Positions 20,977 through 29,009 of a DNA stretch of 64,000 nucleotides are shown here, piece after piece (the stretch's first letter is position 1; each line of letters opens with the position of its first letter). The notes beneath the pieces are model-generated. The model was not told the origin of the DNA. It ran no database searches and saw only the letters and a program-made list of their open reading frames with translations. Location: the NCBI GenBank assembly GCA_965223905.1, contig CBDCXV010000010.1, positions 448,001-512,000 on the forward strand. The letters run 5' to 3'. This stretch comes from Candidatus Latescibacterota bacterium. GTDB taxonomy: Bacteria > Latescibacterota > UBA2968 > UBA8231. The translations under genes were made by a program, and so were the position numbers.

Positions 20977-21696
20977 TCAGCCTCGTTCCGCCCGGTGCCG
21001 GGCCACCAGTTCCGCCATGCTGTCGAACCGGAAATCTGGCGTAACCTCCTCTTGCGCCGCCGCCGTCGCCCCGCCGCCGCGGCCGGCGCGCCGGTCGATC
21101 CAGGCGGTCGTCAGTCCCATTTCCTTGGCGGGCACGTGGTCGTGGAAGAGGCTCTGCGCAACGTGCAGAACGCTTCCGGGACCGCAGCCGAAGTCGGCTT
21201 CCACCCGTGCGAGCAGGTATTCGAAGTTTGCCGCCGCGGGTTTGTACGAGCCGATCTCCTCGGCGGTGAACACCGCGTCCCAGGGATTCCCGAGCCGAGC
21301 GGCGCTTCCCCGGTAGCTGGCGCGGTCGCAGTTGGTCAGGGTGACCAGCCGGTGGTGGCCCTTCAGATAGGCCAGCGAATCGGCAGCGTCCTCGAAGGCG
21401 GGCCAGTCACCGACGGACCGGCCGAAGCGGATGCTCTCGGCATCGTCCGGTTCGCTGCCCCAGTTCCGTGCCAGGGTGCGGTGAGCGGCCGCCAGAATAT
21501 CGGCGTAGAGCAGTCCGGGAGTTGCCTCCTGGCAGGCGGACTCCGCTTGCGCGAATGCTTCCAGGGCGGCTTCCCGGGCCGGTGGGTCGGCCAGACGCGA
21601 GCAGAGCGGCTGCAGGGCCTCCCGGATGCCCGTCTCCCAGTCGATCAGGGTTCCGTAGGTGTCGAAGGTCAGTACGGGAAAATCACACAGTCGCAT
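20977..21696 (-). CDS. Haloacid dehalogenase type II-like HAD hydrolase
   Basis: TFDTYGTLIDWE, TLTNCD, IGSYKP, LHVAQSLFHDH. Confidence 0.9.
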   Translation of the reverse strand: MRLCDFPVLTFDTYGTLIDWETGIREALQPLCSRLADPPAREAALEAFAQAESACQEATPGLLYADILAAAHRTLARNWGSEPDDAESIRFGRSVGDWPAFEDAADSLAYLKGHHRLVTLTNCDRASYRGSAARLGNPWDAVFTAEEIGSYKPAAANFEYLLARVEADFGCGPGSVLHVAQSLFHDHVPAKEMGLTTAWIDRRAGRGGGATAAAQEEVTPDFRFDSMAELVARHRAERG

Positions 21697-22174
21697 GGGG
21701 CTGCTCGAAGTGCCGGGGTTTCGGAGCGCCCACAACCGGTTGGGTGTTCTTCTTGCGATCGCGTGCGTCCTCCCCTACCGGGAGCGCCCCCATTTTATTT
21801 TCTTGATGGGGGCCCGAAAATAACGTACCTCTCCACCATATCCATTTGCGTAGTGCGAAAAATCCCCAAGCGCATAGACCTGACTGTTGCCGGGTGTAGC
21901 AGAGTGACGTTGACGTCGGGATCCGTGTTTTCCCTATGAGCTCGCTGGTCAGGGAAACGATCATAGTGGCCGGGCAATTGGCTCGGTTACCTCAACGAGT
22001 TGCCCATATGCAGCAGGCCTCGAATTTGCGGCCTTCTGCGGTACGGCATGGAATCCGATTTCTGAGACAGTTTTTTCCCCACTGGTGGCACCATTCCTGC
22101 CGCCCAAATCCTTCCGTGACCGCCACGGGAGGTAGGGCGCTGGAAAGTGACACCATCAATCGCAGGAGGAAGAA

Positions 22175-22507
22175 ATGGCAGTCAGAATCATCGTTGGCCT
22201 GATCACCCTGCTGGCCATCATTCAGGGCCTGGCAGGCGACCCCATCGCAGGGGGCATCCTGACCCTCGCGCTGGTCATTCTGGGCCTGGCGTACGGGGCA
22301 GTGGGGGTCGATGCCGAGGACGCGACCGCCTACCTGGTGGTCACCCTTGCCGCCGGAGGTGCAGCGGGCATGAACGTGCTGGACCAGGAGATTCTCGCGA
22401 TGGTTGGCGACCGCCTGGACGCCATCCTCGATCAGGCTGTAGTCGCTCTGTTCGCCGGCGCCGTGACCGTACTCGTCACGAGAACGATCAACCGGCTCAA
22501 AGGCTGA
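22175..22507 (+). CDS. Small multi-pass membrane hypothetical protein
   Basis: AGGAGG RBS; three to four hydrophobic helices; coding-like codon usage. Confidence 0.7.
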   Translation: MAVRIIVGLITLLAIIQGLAGDPIAGGILTLALVILGLAYGAVGVDAEDATAYLVVTLAAGGAAGMNVLDQEILAMVGDRLDAILDQAVVALFAGAVTVLVTRTINRLKG

Positions 22508-23107
22508 AGCCGAGAATAGCCGTATCAAGACACTTTTTGATCGATACCCTGCAGGGTGCAAGTGCCGAGAGCGCTCGCAAGGGCCTCGCGGGTTTCTGAA
22601 TTCCGCTAGCGCTCTCGCAGGGTCGTTCGAAAGTGCCTGCCGTACCGTCCTGCTTCCTGTGTCGGCATCTCCGTGCTGCCGGCGCAGGAGGCGTTCTACT
22701 CCAACTCCCGCTGTCGCCGGTCCTGGCCCCTGGCCAGCCACCTGACGGAGGCGTGGCTTCCATACCCGCGCGGCGGCCGAACTAGGTCGCGCGGAGATGG
22801 AAAGCGCCAAGGTAGCTGCCCCCGCCTCGCTGATTACCGCCCTTAAGCGCTGCTTTCTCCACGAAGCCCGACCTCGGGCCTCGGTCGACCCCCCTACGTC
22901 CGCGCAATAAAAAACATCCCCGCGACATAGTGGGCGATGGTCGGGCTCGCATGTGTCCGGCAAATCGGGGCGACTTCTGCCCGGAGACCTCCCCTGACCC
23001 GGGCGTGCCGATCCCTTGACAGAGAATCGAACATGGTGCCTTTCTCTACCTGTGAACCGCGCAGGGTGCGGAAACCCATGCCTCTCGCCAGAAAGGGGTG
23101 CTTCAGG

Positions 23108-23935
23108 ATGGATGAGGAACAGCGCTTCGCCTTCGACACCTGGGGATTCCTCACCGTAGAGAATGCGATTACCCCCGGGCAGGTTGCGGAGCTGAAGGCA
23201 ACCGTCGACGCAAAAGGCCCGGAGCTCCATTCGCAGCACGCCGACCGGGGCGGTTTCTGGTCCCAGGCGTTCGTCGATCTTCTGGACGTCCCGGTGATCT
23301 CCGAAATCCTGGAAGAGATATACGGGGGCGGACGGCCCGGAGGACTCCCTTCCTTTCGCATCGACCACATCAACGTCCACACCCACGGCACCTTCAACAA
23401 GGACCTCGCCGGGGGGCGCCTTCACGGCGGCAACGGTCGTCTGCTGAATCCCGGCCGCCCGCATGAGCTGACACCCATCTACTTCGCCCGCGATCCCGAG
23501 ACCGGAGCTTATTCCAACGGTCTGGTGACCGTGGCCTACGAGCTGGAGGACACCGTCTGCAACGGCGGCGGCTTCGGATGCCTGGCGGGCTCGCACAAGG
23601 GGCATCTCCCGGTCCCGGAAGCATGGATCGATCTGGCCAGGGGGGTGCATCCGATGGTCACCCGGGTGCCCGCCCCTGCCGGCACCGCCATCATCTTCAC
23701 CGAGGCCCTGTTCCACGTAACCCTGCCCTGGACGGCGCCGAGCACACGGACCACGCTTTTCTGCAAGTACACCGAGCGGGGGGAGGCCTACTCCGGACCC
23801 GACAACTTCTTCAGCCCGGCCGACGCCGACTCATGGGAAGGGGTCGACGAGCGCAAGCGCGCCATCCTGACGCCGCCGCCGCCGGAGTTCGTCGAGCGCA
23901 AGGCGGAGCTGGCCAGAATGACCGCGGTGCGGTAG
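23108..23935 (+). CDS. Phytanoyl-CoA dioxygenase (PhyH) family protein
   Basis: FDTWGFLTVENAI, LHGG, GFGCLAGSHKG, AGTAIIFTEALFH. Confidence 0.85.
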   Translation: MDEEQRFAFDTWGFLTVENAITPGQVAELKATVDAKGPELHSQHADRGGFWSQAFVDLLDVPVISEILEEIYGGGRPGGLPSFRIDHINVHTHGTFNKDLAGGRLHGGNGRLLNPGRPHELTPIYFARDPETGAYSNGLVTVAYELEDTVCNGGGFGCLAGSHKGHLPVPEAWIDLARGVHPMVTRVPAPAGTAIIFTEALFHVTLPWTAPSTRTTLFCKYTERGEAYSGPDNFFSPADADSWEGVDERKRAILTPPPPEFVERKAELARMTAVR

Positions 23936-23949
23936 TCGGCGCTTCGATT

Positions 23950-24800
23950 CTTTGGAGGGTACGGATTGGGCAATGGAGGACTGGTATGGCCCAGGTGTTT
24001 TTCCATTGGCCCATCATGTCCGCTATTTGGAGTGTTTCAGGCGGACTGGAACAGGCAATTGCCGCCAGGGTGAGCAAGGCGGATCCATACCCGAAGACAC
24101 AGGAACAAACGGTTCGGCTATGGTTCATACTAGTCGGCATGTGTTGATGTAGTCTGGTAGATAGCTTGGCTATATCATATAGTTCAAGACCGAACCCTAT
24201 CGTTTTTCCGGGAAAAAATCGGAGATGATACTTTGCTCCTGGTCATCCCAGATCAGCCGGTCAAATGGAGTGACGTAAAATTCCACTACACCGAAGTGCG
24301 GCTGACTGGAAACCACCGCACCGCCGCCATCGGCATAGGGTAGCTGGTGCATCCAGTCCGCATGTGGACTGCCCGGAAACAGAGGGACGTTGTTGTCGTT
24401 GTTATATGTTCCCGGAAACGCACTATACCATTGTGCCTGCTCCATCGGATATGTGAGCCCGGATGCATTGTCTATGAGCATCCCGGGGATCAGGATCACG
24501 CTCCAGTACTTCTCTTCCAGTCCCCGATCGTTGTAGGACGGTAACTTAGGCTGCCGGGCTGCGCGGCTTTTTCCGGCGCGGTTTCCCCTGGGAGACAGGG
24601 GGCCGCTGCTTCTCCTCTTCCTCTTCGCCGGTGGCGATCCGGCACACCTTCACGGCGCATCCGATCACGTCGGCAGGGCGCTTTTGGCCTTGGGGTCCAA
24701 TAGGCATCAGGGATGTCCCTCGAGGTGTCGATCAATAAGGGCAGCCAGAACTACCAGTGTCGGAACAATCACATCCCATTCCATCGCACGGATCTCCCGA
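23950..24800 (-). pseudogene. Fragmented paralogue of the 20058 secreted-protein family
   Basis: YADGGGAVV...VEFYVTPFD...ISDF aligns by eye with YGDAGGGVA...VEMYVTPQD...FSEL; several stops and frameshifts; boundaries approximate. Confidence 0.5.
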
Positions 24801-25039
24801 AAAGGATTGTTCTGAGTATTATAGAACAGGTATAGTCCCCGCGACCATTGCATTTCCTGGGAACCCGATCACGTCGGGTCCCCCCCTGAATACAACAGCC
24901 TGAAAACCCGGTGACGGGGTAACTCCCCGGAACCTGGCGAATAGGCGGGGTTGTCCCGTGTTCCTAGGGGTGCAATGGTCAGGCCCCTAGTAATACACGT
25001 GGCCCGATTCCTAGTGTATTGCGACCGAGTAGCATTCTT

Positions 25040-25531
25040 CGTCACAGCCCAATTACGGCCTTTTGATTCGGCGGAGCTGGCTGCCTATCTGAATTCCCTC
25101 CCTTACAGGCTGATGGTGTCTGAACTGGAGAGGATAGAGCGAGAAGCCAAAGTGTATTCAGTCCCTGTTTTCCTGGAACCCACCGCATTCGCCTTCGGTT
25201 CGGAGCGGGGAAGCGCACCCGGCCTGGGAGGCTGTTCACTTCCCCGGACGATTCCTGGATCGACAGAACGCGCCTGCTGGCGGCGAAGGTGGCCGAAGTG
25301 GAGGGGTCGAACTGGTCTGCCCGAGCGATCTACCGGATTCGATTGAACCGGCACGATCGCGAACAAGCGCATAAACTCATCGAGCAACGCGACCCATGGC
25401 GGCAGAGCTACCTGCGCAACTTCCACAACGCCGACTGGAACGACCCCCTGCTCTACGACCTGACGATCAACACCGGCAAAATAGATCGAGAGGACGCCGT
25501 CGATCTTCTCCCCGGCTTCTTAGCCGAGTAG
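25040..25531 (+). pseudogene. Cytidylate kinase-like family remnant
   Basis: RDPWRQSYLRNFHNADWNDPLLYDLTINTG; fragments in several frames. Confidence 0.55.
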
Positions 25532-25555
25532 GGGCGACCGGCCGGTCGCCCTTAC
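25528..25555. repeat. GTAG-type REP-like palindrome
   Basis: GTAGGGGCGACCGGCCGGTCGCCCTTAC, a near-perfect palindrome beginning with GTAG. Confidence 0.55.
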
Positions 25556-25630
25556 AGATCAAACGAACGAGGCACCGGCCGCCCCCGTGCCCCGTGTAAA
25601 CTCGCGTCGGAGGTCAGGTATCGGTGCATG

Positions 25631-25667
25631 AAAAAGCGCCCGATGCCAAGGAGACACCGGGCGCTTT
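25631..25667 (-). terminator. Intrinsic terminator of the FN3 gene
   Basis: Minus strand GCGCCCGGTG-loop-CATCGGGCGC followed by TTTTT, about 20 nt after the stop. Confidence 0.75.
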
Positions 25668-25687
25668 GCAGAGGTCGAGGACCGCGC

Positions 25688-27532
25688 CTACTTCAGGTAG
25701 AGCAGGCGCTGAGTCTGCACCCCGCCCGGATAGTGCAGGCGCACCAGGTACATCCCCGCCGACACCAACGCGCCGCGCCGGTCACGCGCATCCCAATGCA
25801 CTTGGTAGGCCCCGGCGGCCTGCACCTCGTCCACCAGCGTGCGCATGGACTGCCCGAGGAGGTTGTAGATCTCCAGGCGCACGGGGCCGTCCGCGGCCAG
25901 GCGATATGGGATGAGGGTGTTGGCGTTGAAGGGGTTGGGCGCGTTGGGCGCGAGGCCCGGCGGCCCGTCCGCGACCGCCGGCTTGGACGCCGGGGCCGCC
26001 GGCGTGTCGATGTGGTACCAGCGGGACCGCTCGCTCGCCCCGTGCTCGTTGATCGCCTTGATCCGATAGGTGTACGTGGTGCTGGCCGCCACCGTGGCGT
26101 CGGTGTAGGTGGTGGCGGCGCTGCCCGTGTCGGCGACCAATACACTGAAGTCGCCCCCGGTATTGTTCACGCGCACGCGGCGCAGGATCACGTAGCCGGT
26201 GATGGAGTCGTCGCCGGGATCGTCCCAGGTGAGGGTCACCGAGTTGTGCGACGCCGTGGCTTCGAGGCCCGTGGGCTTGGCGGGTACGGGCGCTGCCGGG
26301 GTGTCGATGTGGTACCAGCGGGAGCGTTCACTCGTTCCGGCCCCGTTGATGGCCTTGATCCGGTAGGTATAGCGAGTCTCCGCCGCCACCGTGTTGTCGG
26401 TGTAGGTGGTGGCGGCTGTGCCCGTGTCTGCCACCAGCTCATTGAAGTGGCCCTCCGGGTCGACTCCGGGAATGCGCCGCAGGATCACGTAGCCGGTGAT
26501 GGAGTCGTCGCCGGGGTCGTCCCAGGTGAGGGTCACCCGGTCGTGGGTCGCCGTGGCTTCAAGGCCCGTGGGCTTGTCCGGTGCGGAGCCCGGCTCCTCA
26601 CTTTGCTTCTTCTGCCCGGATTGCTTCTTCTGCCCGGACGAGTCCTCCCTCTCCTCGGACGAGGACTGGGTGCGGGGGGCTCTCTTCGTCTCCGACCAGT
26701 CGCCGTAGCCGTCGCCGCTCAGCGCCTGCACGCGGACCTCGTACCTGGTCTGCGCTTCAAGGTCCGTGCGCTTCACGCTGGTCGGAGGGCTGTCGCCGCA
26801 TCCCTTTCCGGTGCCGCGAGAGCCGGGATAGGACTGCTTGTTCCGATTCGTCTCACCGCTGGGGTGGAGGAACTCGACCAGGTAGCACTCGATAGGGAAG
26901 GTGCCCTCTTCGGCCTCATCCCAGCTCACCTCCAGGGTCCCGTCCTCGTCCCTCGGCGCCGTCACGCTCACGTTCTCCGGCGCCGACGGGAGCACGCGCT
27001 CGTACACCAGCGCCACCTTGACCTCGTCGTCCTCTTCCCAGTCGAGGTCGGGGTCGATAAAACCCCAAGCACCTACACCGCCACGACCGAAGTTCGCCAA
27101 CCGAAAGCTCGAGTTGCCGATCCAGAGCGTGATCTTCCCGACGTTGGTTCCGGGTGCATCTCCTAAATTATCCCCCTCAACATTGAGGAGCCTCGGACCA
27201 CCCAAATACAAAGCTTCCACTTCGAATTGATAGTCGGGGTCGAAGTGATGTTTGCCGGGCGGGGACCAGGGCGGGTAGTTGAACTTCGCGCTGGTGCTGA
27301 GTTCTCCCCATCCTTCGCTCTTGTGGTATCCAAGAAGGGCGCTGGCCTTCCCCACCGTCATGGTGGTGCGCCAGAGGTAGAAGTGAGTGTGCTCCGGGCC
27401 GTGGGGCCCGTCGTCGGGGGTATGGGCATCCACCTCGGAGAAGAGCAGGCCCAGCACGGTGCCCGCCACGGCCAGCGCGGCGATGGCGGCGAACAGGACG
27501 GGTAATCGTCGTCTATCGGTGCGAGTCAACAT
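25688..27532 (-). CDS. Exported fibronectin type III repeat protein with FlgD-like C-terminal domain
   Basis: N-terminal hydrophobic signal; three FN3 domains (PSAPENV...W...Y...VQAL; twice KPTGLEA...VTLTW...YTYRIKAIN); PNPFNANTLIPY...GMYLVRL tail; AGGAGG RBS. Confidence 0.9.
   Translation of the reverse strand: MLTRTDRRRLPVLFAAIAALAVAGTVLGLLFSEVDAHTPDDGPHGPEHTHFYLWRTTMTVGKASALLGYHKSEGWGELSTSAKFNYPPWSPPGKHHFDPDYQFEVEALYLGGPRLLNVEGDNLGDAPGTNVGKITLWIGNSSFRLANFGRGGVGAWGFIDPDLDWEEDDEVKVALVYERVLPSAPENVSVTAPRDEDGTLEVSWDEAEEGTFPIECYLVEFLHPSGETNRNKQSYPGSRGTGKGCGDSPPTSVKRTDLEAQTRYEVRVQALSGDGYGDWSETKRAPRTQSSSEEREDSSGQKKQSGQKKQSEEPGSAPDKPTGLEATATHDRVTLTWDDPGDDSITGYVILRRIPGVDPEGHFNELVADTGTAATTYTDNTVAAETRYTYRIKAINGAGTSERSRWYHIDTPAAPVPAKPTGLEATASHNSVTLTWDDPGDDSITGYVILRRVRVNNTGGDFSVLVADTGSAATTYTDATVAASTTYTYRIKAINEHGASERSRWYHIDTPAAPASKPAVADGPPGLAPNAPNPFNANTLIPYRLAADGPVRLEIYNLLGQSMRTLVDEVQAAGAYQVHWDARDRRGALVSAGMYLVRLHYPGGVQTQRLLYLK
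25985..26575 (-). repeat. Two tandem, highly similar FN3-coding repeats of about 297 bp
   Basis: Units 26279-26575 and 25985-26278 share TLTWDDPGDDSITGYVILRR and SERSRWYHIDTPAAP. Confidence 0.9.
26603..26638. repeat. Perfect 18-bp tandem duplication (SGQKKQ twice)
   Basis: TTGCTTCTTCTGCCCGGA twice. Confidence 0.9.
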
Positions 27533-27702
27533 GGTTCCTCCTTGTGCTGGTGCGGGGGTATGGGACGCAGCCCGTCCGCTCCGCAGGCGTAAGCCGATAG
27601 CGGCGCGGAGGGCGCGTGACAGCCGGGCAAGGATGTCGGACGACCCGCTGACTCGGCTGCCTGCCTAACTTCCACGTGGACCCTCCTACCGCTCGTGCTC
27701 GA

Positions 27703-27734
27703 TTGCTCCTGATAACAATAGTTATCGGGAGCAA
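27703..27734. other. Putative loxP-like recombination site L
   Basis: TTGCTCCTGATA-ACAATAGT-TATCGGGAGCAA: 12-bp inverted arms (1 mismatch) around an asymmetric 8-bp core, just upstream of the recombinase. Confidence 0.75.
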
Positions 27735-27780
27735 CCTCCTCCGGACGTATATCCTTGTCCCAAAGTCAGTTATGCCAATT

Positions 27781-28758
27781 ATGCCCGCAGGAGATGTGAC
27801 CGACCTTCCCGACCCGGCCACTTCCCGGTCACAAACCGGCGAGCGCCTGACCGAGTACCTGGGGGACGCCGATGGCGCCCTCAGCGGCAACACCGTGCGG
27901 GCGCTGAAAGCGGACCTGGAACGGTTCGCGGCGTGGTGCGCCGAGCGGGGGGTCGCTCCGCTGCCGGCGCGCCCGGCCACGCTGGTGGCCTACATCGAGG
28001 CGATGGCGAGCGAGCGCGCGCCGGCCACCGTGCGCCGCTACGTGTCGAGCATCGCCGCCGTGCACAAGGCGGCCGGGGAGCCCGGCCCGCTCGATCGCGT
28101 GACCGTGCGGCGGGCCCTACAGCGCATGCACCGGCGCAAGGGGTGCCGGCAGAGGCAGGTCAAGGGGCTGACCTGGACGCTCCGCCGGCGCCTGATGGAG
28201 GCTGCCGGCGACCGGGTGATCGACGTGCGGAACCGCGCCATCCTGGCCGTGGCCTACGACGCCATGCTCCGCCGCTCCGAGCTGGTCGCGCTGCAAGTCG
28301 TTGACGTGACGATGGATAGGAGCGGCTCGGCCTCGCTCCTCGTGCGTCGAGCGAAGACCGATCCGGAGGGCGGCGGCGCGATGCTCTACCTGCACCGCGA
28401 CAGCGTCAAGCTGCTCTCGGCGTGGCTGAGCGCGAGCGGCATCGCCGGCGGGCCGCTCTTCCGTTCCGTGCGCAAGGACGGCACGGTGGGCGGGAGGCTC
28501 GATGCGAGCCAGGTGCCGCGCATCTACAAGGGGATGGCCGAACGCGCCGGGCTGCCGGCGCGGATCGTTGGGCGGCTCTCCGGGCACAGTCCCCGCGTGG
28601 GCGCGGTTCAGGACATGATCGCCTCGGGGATCGGGACCCCGGCCATCATGCAGGCCGGACGCTGGAAGAGCGCCCAGATGGTGCAGCGCTACGGCGAGCG
28701 GCTGCTCGCCAAGCGGAATGGCGCCGCGCAGTTGGCACGGCTTCAGAAACGCGGATGA
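27781..28758 (+). CDS. Cre-like tyrosine recombinase (start at 27781 or 27796)
   Basis: N-terminal SAM-like domain (NTVRALKADLERFAAWC); catalytic set LRRSE, RAKTD, SGHSPRVG, AGRW, VQRYG. Confidence 0.92.
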   Translation: MPAGDVTDLPDPATSRSQTGERLTEYLGDADGALSGNTVRALKADLERFAAWCAERGVAPLPARPATLVAYIEAMASERAPATVRRYVSSIAAVHKAAGEPGPLDRVTVRRALQRMHRRKGCRQRQVKGLTWTLRRRLMEAAGDRVIDVRNRAILAVAYDAMLRRSELVALQVVDVTMDRSGSASLLVRRAKTDPEGGGAMLYLHRDSVKLLSAWLSASGIAGGPLFRSVRKDGTVGGRLDASQVPRIYKGMAERAGLPARIVGRLSGHSPRVGAVQDMIASGIGTPAIMQAGRWKSAQMVQRYGERLLAKRNGAAQLARLQKRG

Positions 28759-28804
28759 GCCCCGATGACGTCCAAGGCTTTCCGGTCACAAGATTTGCCG
28801 CAGG

Positions 28805-28836
28805 TAGCTCTCGATTACTATTGCTATCAGGAGCCA
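28805..28836. other. Putative loxP-like recombination site R, inverted relative to L
   Basis: TAGCTCTCGATT-ACTATTGC-TATCAGGAGCCA matches the reverse complement of site L at 27 of 32 positions. Confidence 0.7.
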
Positions 28837-29009
28837 ACTTGGAAAGTAAGCCATGTTGTGTGAGCTAAGTGTGACTTACGGGGCGAAAGCTCGTGACCAT
28901 TAGTGACTTCCCGCGCGAAACGCGCTATCCTCCACTCCCGCCCGGTCCGGCGGAAACGCGGCCGGACCGATCATTCGGAGCCCAGTGAGCTCCGCCTTAC
29001 CCTGCGGCA

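Noticed and set aside
25688-27532. Diversity-generating retroelement explanation for FN3 variation
   Set aside because: No reverse transcriptase or non-coding template repeat in the window, and both repeats are in-frame domains of one gene
27676-27780. Longer recombinase start at 27676
   Set aside because: Runs through the AT-rich palindromic site; family-like sequence begins only after about 27800
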